NCBI GenBank assembly: GCA_963924565.1
Contig: OZ004609.1
Span: 10,912,001 to 10,976,000, forward strand
Direction: 5' to 3'
From: Ascidiella aspersa
Lineage: Eukaryota
Length of the DNA: 64,000 nucleotides
Under the pieces are notes generated by a model that made no database searches, was not told the origin of the DNA, and worked only from the letters and a program-made list of their open reading frames with translations. Each line of letters opens with the position of its first letter. Positions within the stretch are counted from its first letter, which is position 1. The position numbers and the translations under genes were made by a program. Of the stretch, positions 51,601 through 64,000 are shown piece by piece.

Positions 51601-54600
51601 TTTTGATTTGTTTAGCTCAACGCCCAACGATACAAGACCTGTTTTACACAATAATTAAAAATATGAATATACTGTTACTGCCAGGCATTGTATCAATTAT
51701 AAAGGGGTTCTTCGGACAAATATTCAGCGCCGGCGTTTTGATTTTCTATGCGAGTAATCTTCTTCAAGGCAATAAACTTCAAGGGTATAATATACAGTGA
51801 GTCAAAAGACAAAAAACAAGACGAAAAAGGGAAACAAGACGCAAATAACGGGAGAATTAGAAATGTATTTTGGTGATCAAACTGATAGAGTGCTAGATTT
51901 CAAGCACCGTATACTAATTGTTCTCCACTTAGTGTAACTAAAGGTTGAGTTACAACTTCACAGGAAAGCATTACAAAAATATAGAGTTTTACCTGTGGAC
52001 TAGTAATGTAGGGTATACCAAACAACTGTAAAAGCTCCTGGCATTCAGTGGTTGCAGTATCGGAGATGTCTCTCGATGCCCTGGCAGCTGACTGCATTTT
52101 CTCCAATAAAATGACATCCTCTCTGTCAAGGTCATCACCAATTCTAGACAAGTCATCTTGTGTTACGCCTTCCCATGGATTTACAGGCTTCTCTGTGTGT
52201 GTAGCTTCTTGCCTAAAAACATTGCTAAAAATGTTAGGAAAAACAGGTTGCTGCTGTTACACAACGTCAACTATATTTCTTGAAAAAACAGCAAATCAAG
52301 TTATGATAGAACAGGGAAACTTTCAATTTTTTAAAATTATTAGACAATGAAGTTTAGTTATCTTCAGTTGTTAACCATTAATTTAAAAAAATACATTTTA
52401 AGGTAGAATCGCTGCATTGCATTGATTTTAATACGCTATGCTAAAAGGAGGGGTTGTGATGACTTAGGTCAGTGGTCGGCAAACTGTGGGCCGCAAAGCC
52501 ATTTTTAGTGGGCCGCGGGCTACTTTTGAATAGCTTAGTGTTATCATGTAGTTGTGGGCCGCGTGATAGCCATACATTCATTGAACTTTATTTAAAAGTT
52601 TGTGTGGCTAAGAATTTTTGTATTTTCTCAGCGTGGTTCAGACCCAAGTGCCAAATGTGGTCCCGATAGTCTGTATAACTATATTTTTTACCAATTTTAC
52701 CTATTTGTTAGTGCAAAACTTTTCGCACTTTGCGCTTTTAAATGTTTTACATTATGTCATAGTGCTCAGTGTTTTGGGCATTAAGGCGCCGTGTAATATT
52801 TCACCTTATGAACAAATATCCTGAACTCGCCACTGTTTTCATAGCGGTTTTACATGGTGGGTCTTCAATAGCTTTGAAAAAAAAAAATGTTTGCCGACCA
52901 CTGACTTGGTTAAAAATAAGTGTTTTTATTCAAGATTAGTTTATCATTTTAATAGTTTATTGTTTTATTTTGATATTAGTAATTTGACTTGGATTGGGAC
53001 ATGTTTGTTTACAACGGTGCTAAAAAGTTTAGCACAAAAATATTCCTCAGTAATTGTAATTTAACTTGGAAAAACTGAAATGCTATATTAAATTAAGTTT
53101 AAGTAGCGATACTACCAGTTGACATCCCGATTCGATGTTTTCAGACATTCCTAGTATTATTTATAATAAATATAACTGAGAAAAGTAGTGTAAGTAAATG
53201 TAAGTAAAAAAGGAACATTTAAGTATGAATAAATGCACATTGCATAACTCTTGGTCTCGGCATTATGATATGATAAACGACAAGATGATTAACATTACTT
53301 GTTGCTAGACATGTCATCAATTATGTCCGGTCCTCTAATATTTGAGTTTGATGGCACCTCCTCGTTTATCTCCAATGGTTGAGAAACATCTTCAAAGTCA
53401 TCAATGTTGTCTGAATCTGAGGAGCTACTGGCAACAGAAAGACTAACATCCTTAGGTTTGCTTTCTATACCTATTGTCCTTGTGTTAGACATAGGCATGT
53501 TTTCCATACTGTGAGGTTTGCTTTGCTCTAGTGTTGCTGTCTGTTTGGGTTGTGATTTAGTTTTAGGGAAGTTGACAGGTGTAGATTCACTAATGCTTTC
53601 GAAACTAGTATTCAAAATTTCAGTTTTTTGACTCTCTTTTTCAACTTGAAAACTCTGTGGATTTGCAAAATGTGTAGGAACTTGATTATCAAGATGCACT
53701 GTTCTTTCTGGCAGAACATCTTTAGAAATTTTGGTATCTTGAAACTGAAAGGAATTTGTTGGGGTTTCACTCAACAGTCCCTTTTTACTGGTTTCATTTA
53801 TTTCTGGAACATTGTCATCTGATTCGGAATTGCTGCTGATAATAAGTTCTTTTGAAGTGGGAGACTCAGTGTTGGTACTTGTGTTTAAAGGATCATAGTT
53901 TGACTGAGAGGCAACATTATTAACCTGTTCCACAGAACTTGGCTGCTGTGACAACTGCAATAATAATAACACATTAAGGTTTTATGCACACCTAAATAAA
54001 TTGAAACCTTGTGATACGCTCATAAAAATTGCATGTCTGTTTTATTTATCTTTTTATCCAATTGACATATATAAACATAATTGTTTTTGACATGGGTGTT
54101 TTAAGTTAAATTTTATGAATTTCGTAATTGTTGGATATTGGCTTTCCAAATCACTGACCTCTTTATTTGGATTTGATCTCAATCCTCTGATCAAGATATA
54201 ATGGGCAGTGTCTTCAGAACTTATTTTATTTGCTGAAATGTTCTGAGCTTGGTAGCCTTCGTCAATTGCAAACTGTGCCATGGATGCTGTGTTTCTTTCT
54301 TCCATGCATTTCTCCACAGATTTAATTTTACTTGATAATGTCTTCTTAGCGAGTAGGCCTAAAAATGGAAAGAGCTAAGAAATAAGTAACACTTAATTGC
54401 ACTAAGAATGATAAACAGTTATTTAGAAGAGGGTGTAAACCAATATTGTTGGACATATGGAAATATAGACCTGAGAGTTGAAAGCTGGAAAAGGATTCTG
54501 ATGCTTCGGGCATAGATTCCACCATGGTCCTTCTTCTCTTTTTGATTTCTTTAAGGTCACTTAGCATCTCATGTTGAATATCTGGTGGAAGAGACTTAAA

Positions 54601-57333
54601 ATCGTCGGATTCAATGTCAAGAGACATTAGATCTTGATAGCTGCTCTACAAAGAACAATCATTTTAAACCTAACTAAACTTAAAATAATGTTTTAAATTA
54701 AATAGTACAGTGGTATCATTAAAATATGTCTGTATAATGTATCCATATACAAAGAGCTACACACATTTTTCCTCTACAAAAAGTAGAATTTATATGATGT
54801 AATTATACATAGTTTTATCATCTTTTTATTTTCAGTTTTAAATCAAATAAATTATTAAACTTTACAAATAACAAGAACAAAATAGTTAAAAAATAAAAGT
54901 TTTCAAAAGTGTTAACTGTTAACACATACCAAGTTGGAAGAACCAAATAAAGAATCCTTAATGTTCGCTTTTAGTTTCCAATCTGTTTCTATTTCATCCT
55001 CAGAACAGGCAGTTTCAAGTTTATTTTTCATTGGTGGCAGGATGAAAAGATTATCTTCTTCGCCTTGCAACTTTTCTTAAGAAATATTTTTAGGACTTAC
55101 TCAAATTAATTTTAATTAAAAACAAAAATACTTACTTGAATGCTTAACCAAAGAGGATACTTCATTTATATCTGAAGAGTTTTCAGTCTGACTTTCATGA
55201 TTGTCACCATTACTTCTGTATAGTATTAATCAAATATTAAACAATTTAACACAAAAAAATATTTATAAGACGCATTTTTTATTAAATAAATCTTTATGTT
55301 TAAAAGATAATTTTTATAAAATATAAATACTAGAAAATGTAGAAAGGCCAGCAATGAGATTAACATACTTTTTCGATATTGCGAGTTTAAGCACTTCCTT
55401 TTTTAGATAATTTTGCAACATCTTTTCTGATGCAACTTGATAATTCTGCTTTTGCTGGTTCATTTTTTGTCGTCTATCTTGAATTGTTTTAATTTTAAGC
55501 ATTGGTGCTTGTCCGTCGAATACAAAAATGGGTTTGACTCCAAAATGGAGCAACTTGCAGATTCTAGAAATCAGAAAAAAGTGTACTTCTTGTCTTGTAT
55601 CCATGGACAACACTGTGTTTTTGATGCTTGGGGTGTTCAGCCCCTTAAAACAATGACAAATCAACCTGGAAGGCCATGACCTACCCCAAACTGTATTTTT
55701 AGAGTTAATAACCACCTAAATGTTTAATCTTTTTTTCAGGGTCTTCATTGAATTAAAATTAGCACTTCTAGTTGGGCAAGTGTCTATCTATCACCATGCT
55801 GGCACACCGTCGGCGAATTTCCGGACTACCAAATTGTTTTTCAATAATTTCACCTGCCTTACTATTTCGGTGGAGAAACAAAGTTCTTAAACAGCAAAAC
55901 AGCATGTTAATTAAAAGGATAGATGCACAAATGGAATGTCATTATGTGCTTAACACTTACTCATGTTATCATAGGAAATCCTTACAACCACAAGTTATCT
56001 AAATGAACAATAATTTAAACTAATGATCAATCCTTGCAACTGAATCATAGGTTTAAAGTCATTATAAATGTACTGGCCAAGTGCAAAATACCAACCCTGT
56101 TATTATACCATGTTTTGACCAATTAAAGCGATTGTTTTTAGCAACAAAAGTCAACAGTCATGATTGTATATAATATTAGGCACATATATATTATGTGTGG
56201 TTATACTTTTTATTAGGGTTGGCAAGCCTGTCAATTGACCGGTCAAATACGGTCAATTGACCGGACAATTGACCGCAGTTTATTTAACCGGTCAAATACT
56301 AATATTCGATTCAAATAGTGTAAATTTTTTAAGAGTTGTTTTGTGATTTGAGTTGTTAATAATCTTGATTGTAACTTTTTTAAAGAATTCAAATATAAAA
56401 TTGTAGGGTTTACCTGATGCAAACACATGTTCTGTGGTAATAACAAAGTGTTTCTAAAAGTAAAGTAGATTTATTTTGTTTAGAAATTTAGAATAAATGC
56501 ACGTATATGATGAATCGCGTTTGTCATAAAAGGAAACACTAGTTGGGGTATACCACAATATTAGGCTACTTAGAAATTTAGAAGAACCAAATCCCTTGTC
56601 TTTAGTGAATCCTGGTGATGATTTAGAAAAATCAGATAGTGACAAAAGTTGTGACGAGGAGTAATAATACTTTTTTACCTGATGCATTTACTTGTTGTTA
56701 AATTTCGTTAATAAACTTGGTGGTTCTAGTAGTAGTAAAAATTGCTACAGTAACTGCTACAGTATTGCTATAAGATGGGCATGGTTTTGCAAAAATTCTT
56801 ATTGATAGTCAAAAATAAATTGTTTTTGTTTTACAAACCATTGTATCTGAGCCAAAACGTTCATATATTTATTTAAAGTTAAAATCAAGGTTTATTTTTA
56901 ACTTAAATTGCATTATGATAGTGTTTATAGTATTTGACCAATATTTGACCTATTTGACGAGTATTTGACCGGTCAATTGACTGGATTTTATTTGACTGGT
57001 CAAATGCCCAACCCTACTTTTTATGATTAGCTCTTTAATTCAAACCTGTGAAATAAAGTTACAAGATGGGGGTTACTGCTGCTGTTGAAGTCCCTCATTC
57101 CTTTGACAGCCATGTTCAACCAGATGCTGATATCTGAATACAACAATGATTTAACCAATCAATTTCACTAAATTTTCCAAATTATTGTTAGGTTGAAGTT
57201 AGAGTACCGTAGTTACAAGGTTATACAAAATAGCAGTATTCTTACCAACTGCAACAGTTTTTCCCTCTAAGGATTCCAAGGTAACAGGGTGTCCACTTCC
57301 TTCTAGAAGTTTCCAGAGGCCAACAACCCCCAT
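48647..57333 (-). CDS. ERCC5: DNA excision repair endonuclease XPG (multi-exon)
   Basis: N-domain [38 protein letters not shown]; UBM-like [11 protein letters not shown]; I-domain [48 protein letters not shown]; PIP-like QPLISSFL; basic tail. Internal spacer exon boundaries approximate. Confidence 0.95.
52470..52903. mobile_element. hAT MITE in an ERCC5 intron
   Basis: TIRs CAGTGGTCGGCAAAC / GTTTGCCGACCACTG; TSD ACTTAGGT vs ACTTGGT(T). Confidence 0.88.
56214..57016 (+). mobile_element. Internal-deletion derivative of the 25276-28404 hAT, in ERCC5 intron 2
   Basis: Same TIRs TAGGGTTGGCA / TGCCCAACCCTA; perfect TSD CTTTTTAT; keeps the transposase tail [19 protein letters not shown]. Confidence 0.92.
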
Positions 57334-58242
57334 CTTGATTTAACCAGCAATAAATTAGCCAAGTTATGTAAACTGCAGCCTAAAATATAAAGTAAACACA
57401 AAAGGGACAATAGAATAAACAGCTTTAGGGTAATTTAGACTCTGTTAAACAATAAATGATTATTATTTTCTGACTTATGTATGAAAACACGATAAATTAT
57501 TCTTGACAATCTAAAAGGCGGAACTACCCAGAAAATAAATAGGAATTTTTAAACAGTTCATATAAATAAAGCGGAAACATTGACATAAATGTTGAACAGT
57601 GTGTACCCCATTTTATTAATCTTTCTCTCTTACAATTATAGAGCTACAGAGTTGACATTAAGTACAAAACAAGAATATGATAGAAATCAAATAAATTATA
57701 AAGCATAATAAAACATTATAACAGACTATTTTAAGGAAGAGGCTATTTAATGGTTAACAAATACTTCTAAATGGACTAAGGGATAAATCATACAACCACC
57801 CAAACCTAAACACTAAGGTCAACCCTAACTTAAAATCATGCAATTTAAAAAAAATAACAACTCAATGTACACACACTGATGGGTGTATGCAAAACCTGAG
57901 AAAGTCAGACAAATAGCTACTTCCTTTTTGTAATTTAAAATAAATGTACCTATAGCAGTAAACAAATCAACTTAAAGTAAAATCACATTGTCTTGTGAAT
58001 AAAACATTGGCACAGGGTTTACTTATTTTAGCTGATCTTTATTCACATTAAATTTTGATCAACAAACTCTTACACTACTAGTAATTAGTAGGTAAAACAA
58101 GATAACATTTTTGTGTAAATTGATAATAATACATCGCAACTACTCTGCTTCAGGGTTAATATTTTTTGACGGTGTTTAAAAAAATTTTAAGATAGTAAAA
58201 ACATACTTTATGTGGATTGAGTTTAAACCAAACAGTAGGCAT

Positions 58243-58815
58243 TCACACATCTGCCTTATTTCCAACAAGTGGAATATCTTTCATGTCCGATTTAAAGCAC
58301 AAGTATTCACCAATAACAACCATTAAAACCATGCAAACTAGCTGGACAAGCCACCACACAAACAACGCAGGAAAAGATCCAGAATATATCCAACAAATTA
58401 TAAAATGAACAAGGTGTAAAGTACTAGCAAAGTCTAAACATTGTTTTGCCCTCTGTACGACATACCACAGCGCAAGGGCACCACATACAGAGTTCAACAT
58501 ATGCGCAACCATAATTAAACGGTTTTCAGCGCCATAGTAATGCACAGTTCCTGTATCAAAAATATAGTTGAGAGAAGGGGGAAACTTTCCAAATGAAAGG
58601 AGTAGAGTTGATAACAAACCCAGACTTGTGTAGTACAGGAACTGCATTGTTAGCATTTGCGAAATGATCAGTGTTGGGTCCCAAACATAGCTTCTGAATC
58701 GACCTGTCAGAGTTGCACCAACTGAATTTGTGCTCAGCTTTTGATAAAGAATTCCTGGACACAAACGAGATAGTTGCCCAACGAGCAGGGACTTCAGTTG
58801 AAGGCAGTATTCCAT
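58243..58815 (-). CDS. SYS1: Golgi membrane trafficking protein SYS1, intronless; start uncertain (ATG 58815 or CTG 58710)
   Basis: GRFRSYVWDPTLIISQMLTMQFLYY...VQRAKQCLDFASTLHLVHFIICWIY..FP..WW..IGEYLC..MKDIPL..KADV. Confidence 0.93.
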   Translation of the reverse strand: MEYCLQLKSLLVGQLSRLCPGILYQKLSTNSVGATLTGRFRSYVWDPTLIISQMLTMQFLYYTSLGLLSTLLLSFGKFPPSLNYIFDTGTVHYYGAENRLIMVAHMLNSVCGALALWYVVQRAKQCLDFASTLHLVHFIICWIYSGSFPALFVWWLVQLVCMVLMVVIGEYLCFKSDMKDIPLVGNKADV

Positions 58816-59068
58816 CACAAATTGGTGATGATCAAGGTAAAATGTTTCCTCACAATATGCATACAAGTGTTTACGTTAACATTACTACAACCTTTAAACA
58901 GGTTAGGTAAACAGTGGGCTGAAAAATCAAATGAATTGTATTAGACTCATCACTAAATACACAATTATGGGGCTTTGGTCTAGAATCCTACAACAACGTT
59001 GAAACAAAAAACAAATATTGAATCAACGCACAATAATATTTAATTAACCAGAGCTTAATAATACTGTT

Positions 59069-59299
59069 GGCGCTGGTCTAGAATCCTATCATACAACGAA
59101 CATTAAATAGGTTAGGGTGCGGGTTAGCGTTTGCGTAGGTTAAGTGTTATATTAACACTATAATTATTATTATTATTAATACTCGATCCACCCTTCCCCA
59201 ATCCCATACACTAACCCGTAGTCCGCACGCTAACCCAAATATTGTGTGTTGATTCAATCATTGTTTTAACGCTGTGGTAGGATTAGCGATCAGCGCCCC
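59069..59299. mobile_element. TIR MITE with GGTTAG-rich interior (Merlin-like, family uncertain); fragments of the same end at ~28749, ~44624, ~58970
   Basis: Ends GGCGCTGGTCTAGAATCCTA / TAGGATTAGCGATCAGCGCC; flanking direct repeat ATACTGTT. Confidence 0.7.
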
Positions 59300-60346
59300 A
59301 TACTGTTTAATGACCACATAGTGTAACAGTCCTTTTAACAAAAAACAATCTTTTATAAGCGACTGACAAATAATGCAAGAACAACGTTCAGACAATATAA
59401 CTAGTGATTTCACCAATTCTTACGTCACAATATGCAATTGAAATTGTCTCACATTAGGGTATTTTATCATAGAATACTAACAAATATAAGGTGATATAAA
59501 ATTTTAAAAATAACTCTTGTAAACTGAGGCATTATTGTAATACACAGATGAAGCAAAAAAGTTAGATCTGACGATGAATTAAATTAACCAGACTCGGGGG
59601 TAAATTCTGTTTTTACACAACCGAAATAAAGATATAACTTCACAATACAGTTAAAATGTTGTTCGATGCAACTCAAAACTAAATTTCAATACAATTTTAT
59701 TTTAACGAGAATTTAAGCAAGCACATAACAGTTTTTTAAATTTTAAAAACGATTTTTTTGCATTTTGTATACGACTTTGACATGAAATAATTTAGACAAT
59801 TTTTAACTTTATATCTTTTTGTAGCTTTTGCACACCACTGAGTTAGATTTACCGCTTCTAATATAGAATTTATAAGACAATGATCATAATAGGCCTACAT
59901 CTTAATTCATTTTCAACATAGTGAAAGGCACTGACAATTAAAAAATGTAATCTATGCAAGATTGCTTTTTTGATATTTGTTGTTTGCTTTGTAAAATATC
60001 TCTGCAAAAAGCGTCATAAATATAGACTTTTCTAGGTGAAAAATGTACTTTTTAGCTTGACATTCGTAAGGTGTTTTGATAATCTTTAGGTAAATGTAAA
60101 TCAGTGAATATTTTTTTGTGGAGAGAGGGGTTATCTAGGTACATGTTGAAAGTTAGTTTGATTATTTGGTTTAAAGTACTGGCTAGCCATTAGTGTTTTT
60201 ATTAAAAATGGCGATTAGAGGACCTTTGGAACAGTCGGTTCCATTGGTCTCTCGATCATTTTGTGATCATATTTTTAGATTTTAAAGATATTAGTATGCC
60301 AACTTTTAAGACAAGAACATCTAATAAGGGGTTGTTCACTGAGGAC

Positions 60347-60650
60347 TAGGGCTGCGAAGTCGGACTCGGACTCGGTACTCGAAGGAGTCGGACTCGAGTA
60401 AGACCACGTAGAACTACCAGAGTACCGAGTCCAACGGGCGCATGCGCAGTACCAAAAACTGAAATTGCCGTCAATTGCAGCTTGTAACAGCGGAATAGCA
60501 TATGGTGGATATTTTCGAACCTTTTATTGTGAGTGGATGAATTATATGACATCCCTATGAGTGGATTGCTGAACATCCACCGTATTTAGTTACGTAATTT
60601 GGCGGAATATAGGCTGTAGAGTCAGAGTCGGGCTCGGGACTCGACGAAAT
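60347..60650. mobile_element. hAT-like terminus with GACTCG subterminal repeats
   Basis: TAGGGCTGCGAAGTCGGACTCGGACTCGG..; partner end not found. Confidence 0.5.
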
Positions 60651-63600
60651 CGTACATTTGAATATTATTATATTTGCAGATAATTTTCTCCTAAAATATA
60701 AAAACAATTGATATAATAAACCGGCATTGCAAATTCTACCAGAAATAAAAAAATATTATTTCAACATTTCATGCTTGTTTCCATGTTTTTATTTTATTTC
60801 TCAAAATACGTTTTCTTGTGCCACTATTTATACACCGTTAGCTAAGTAGTTATGCACTTCAGGAATACTCAGCGCGGTGTTTTCAGATGATATCATGCTC
60901 TGTTCCATAGGTCCTGTGGGGTGGGACCGATGGAACAAAAAGTTAGGTTTTATAAATTAAAAAAAAACTTGGAAAAATATGTCAGATTTCAATTATTTTT
61001 TCCATGTAGGTACCCATATCTGTAAGCTTTCCAAAGAAAATAACCGCGAGTGCTTTTGAGTTGTAATTCAAAAGATATTACGGAAAAAACAAATCCGTTC
61101 CATGGGTCCCGCACCTCCCCTACCGTGATTTTGCACGAAGGCGCCGCTCACGTGAAAACAGTAGTTGACGGTGTCAGGTTACAACAAAGCCCATGACAAA
61201 TCGTGGGCGTGAGCCATGTAGTGCTAGTCTATAATGTAGTTAGGTCTGGAGTCCTTTGGGAAAGTAAACAACCCGTCGATTTACAGGGGTTAGCAAAGTA
61301 AATTTAAATTGTTCGAAACCGCTTATTAAATGATGCCTAGGTTTAGGTGCATAGCAACGTGCAGCAAGTTAAATTCAAACGTAGGCCCTATATGGTTCTT
61401 AGTGTAGGTTGCACAGAAAGTGTAATATGTGTACGCTGGTACTTTAAAAAGTATTCTAAAATCATTAAAAGCATCTTTCGTTTTATCTGAAGAGCGTATT
61501 TTTATGTTCTTCGTTTTTTACAAGAAACGTGTATATAGGTTAAGGTGGTTTTATTATATCCTGCTAAAAATATTAAGCTATATTTAAAATTAGACTTGAT
61601 CACGAAACACAAGCGTTTTTCATTCGATTTTTTTACCTTCAGTGGGCCTATAACAGGTATGGCAAACAACTGACCCGCGGGTCACGAAGTGGCCCACCAC
61701 AGATTTTTTAATGACCAACTTGTTTTTCTAGAAATACCGAAATGTTATCGATCATTTTCAGGAAAGCATAAATGTAAAAAACAATTCTTTCGTTAAATAG
61801 AGGTTCCTAGATGGTGAGGCACAAATTTTTCCGAGTCACGTTTTTCTTTAACAACCACAAAAACGGTACAGTACTAATAAAAATAAAAAAAAGTTTGAAC
61901 TTTTGTTATTTAGCTTTTGCCATTATGAACTGCATGTCGAACACAAATAAATATGCTAGCAAACCGTTTCGAGAAGCAACTCACTGAGTTTTAGCGCAAT
62001 ACTCCATTCAGGGTCCAAAAAGAAAATGACTAAAAAGTAGTAAAACTACATTAATATAACAAACGTAATAATGACTACATCGTTTATGACGTAACCCATC
62101 GAAGGTGTGACAAGCCTGTGATCGACTGATGTGGTAGGCTGCTGCTCATAAAGGCTACAGAACAAATTATTATTAAGAGTACAATATTTATAAGTTATTG
62201 GGGGGCCCATGGCCCCCTGGCTACACCCATGACATCTACACAGTCATTATTTTTTTATTAATCTCTTTGAAAGTTGCGTGTTATTTTTTTTTGTCCAGTC
62301 GTCAAATGCAAAACTTTCAATCTTGCAACAGGTCTGCCTTTATTTATTACTTCAACTTAAGAGCTTTACACTACAAGAAGTAAATGTACACGCACTATGC
62401 GGGAATTCAAGCGGACAAAAAAGGTTTCATAGCTTGGACGTCACAATTGAGGCATGCCTCAAATCATAGCTAAATTGTTCATGTTTTCCGAAAGAATTCG
62501 CAAAAGAAAAAGGCACGCATAATGCAGTGTATGGAACTTTTGTGATCTGAAGAGAGGCACAGCTTGGCGCTGCCTTACTTTGCGTATTTCAACGATTTTG
62601 ACCGCGTGGACGCTTGATATGCATAACGCAACAGAAATAGAAGAAAAAATAAAGCACGCTTTAGGTATGGAAACATAAAATTTGCTGTAGACATATAACT
62701 GATATAACTTTTGCTTGATATAACTTTTGATTTACAGATGTTGCCAGGTTAGGCACTGCCTCACCTGCCTTCCCTGACTGCACGTCCCTGGTGGGTCGTG
62801 TTAAAATGTTTTAGGGGTGACGAGTATGCCTACATTAATTGCACTTCAACAAATGCGTGCAGAAAAACAGAAAACTAAAAGCATTTTGTTTATTGCTGTA
62901 AAACGTAAAGAGTGGCGATCCTTTAATTTAAGGGAAATTTAAATCTCGTAGATTAACTAAAAATTCTGAAAACCCTGGTTTAACCATGTTGAAAAGCTTT
63001 CTGCTGAACTACTGTTATCCCATAAAAAATGGTGCAGGATTTCTTAAGTAGGTTACTAAAATTCGCGGGGATCCAAATTTGGAAATCGTCCAAAAATCTT
63101 GAATTAGCAACCTAGACAACAACACTTAAAACGACACAGCAGCAAAGTTTCACATAAAATTGGCATATAATTAAACAAATGACTCACTTGCATTTTGTAA
63201 GAATTAAGGTCGTGTTTGTAACCCACGCAATAAAAAAGGTTCGTCATCATCCCTTAAATAAACCATCTTTACTCATTTTAAGCAATTTACTTTCGCCGTT
63301 CCAATATAAATCGCGGCGGCCAAATTGGCGATGAAATTCCTTTTATTTATCTTTTTGCAAGAGAACAAAACTTCAAATACCTTTCTTATTACTGCGATTT
63401 AATTAATCGTGTCTCGGTGTTTCGCTCACATTTTTCATAAATTTTGGAGCAGTCTTGGTCAGAACCAACCTCAATAAATTTAACCATATGCAGTACTTCG
63501 GTCGGCGACCCAACCAAATCAATCAGCGGCCTAACATTGGGTCACGACGCATGGGTTGAGAAACACTGATCCAGTGTGATCAGTAGAATGACAGACTCTA

Positions 63601-63659
63601 AATTAAAAAATCCTTCGTCCAGGAGCAGAAAGTGAATTTCGTGTCAAGGGCGCGCAAAC

Positions 63660-63890
63660 TTAGAAATGAGAGGACGAAGATGATCGAAGACGCTGAAGCT
63701 TGCGCAGAGCTGGCGGAGGCTTATCTCCGCTCCTGTAGGAATCCAACTTGTGGAAGGTCAGCTGTCCAACGTCGGATGTAGTGACGTTAACGCTGTAGTC
63801 CTTGTTCAGCAATTGCGCTATTTCGGTCGTCATAAGGGAGTCGGCTCCCAACCGAAGAAGCGTCGCTGATCGACTAACTTTTTTCTCATC
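63660..63890 (-). CDS. Apparent terminal exon of a fatty-acid-synthase-like/PKS gene encoding an acyl-carrier (phosphopantetheine-binding) domain; rest of gene lies beyond the window
   Basis: After acceptor TTTTCCAG: DEKKVSRSATLLRLGADSLMTTEIAQLLNKDYSVNVTTSDVGQLTFHKL, which parallels the animal FASN ACP (TLADLGLDSLM.VEVRQ.LE.E..L.LS..EVRQLT..KL), then a 27-aa tail and TAA. Confidence 0.75.
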   Translation of the reverse strand, partial: DEKKVSRSATLLRLGADSLMTTEIAQLLNKDYSVNVTTSDVGQLTFHKLDSYRSGDKPPPALRKLQRLRSSSSSHF

Positions 63891-64000
63891 CTGGAAAATA
63901 ATTGAGTTTAACATTACAATCTTGTTAAAAAGAATGTGGCAAAGGTGGTTGAAAGTGACGGATAACAATGAATTTTGGAGCTCGATATTTTTCTCAACTA

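Noticed and set aside
53295-53972. Stand-alone 225-aa low-complexity gene
   Set aside because: It is the large spacer exon of ERCC5 between the N and I nuclease domains.

Overview
AT-rich, intron-containing eukaryotic (animal) genomic DNA. An invertebrate is likely, plausibly an ascidian; this is inferred from the compact GT-AG introns, an animal AOX gene and the MITE repertoire. I reconstructed spliced host genes by hand: a secreted Ly6/uPAR three-finger protein (-, 3' end not found), NRBF2/Atg38 (-), alternative oxidase AOX (+), S-formylglutathione hydrolase ESD (+), ERCC5/XPG (-), intronless SYS1 (-), and at the right edge the apparent last exon of a fatty-acid-synthase-like gene (-). About 29 kb between AOX and ESD is a nested transposon graveyard: a Ty3/gypsy 5'LTR-PBS-gag-protease, several hAT transposases nested three deep, pogo-like, L1/Tx1 and MULE+vertnin-like relics, and many MITEs with readable 8-bp TSDs. 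Most notable: (1) the whole AOX transcription unit is bracketed by a 119-bp near-perfect inverted repeat; (2) the FAS-like exon encodes an acyl-carrier domain and stops with no thioesterase, as expected for a FAS-like polyketide synthase; (3) AOX has LEEQA in place of the conserved LEEEA; (4) a MULE-like element carries a vertnin-like OTU domain; (5) SYS1 has CTG where orthologues have the start Met. All family calls come from motif recognition, not database searches.
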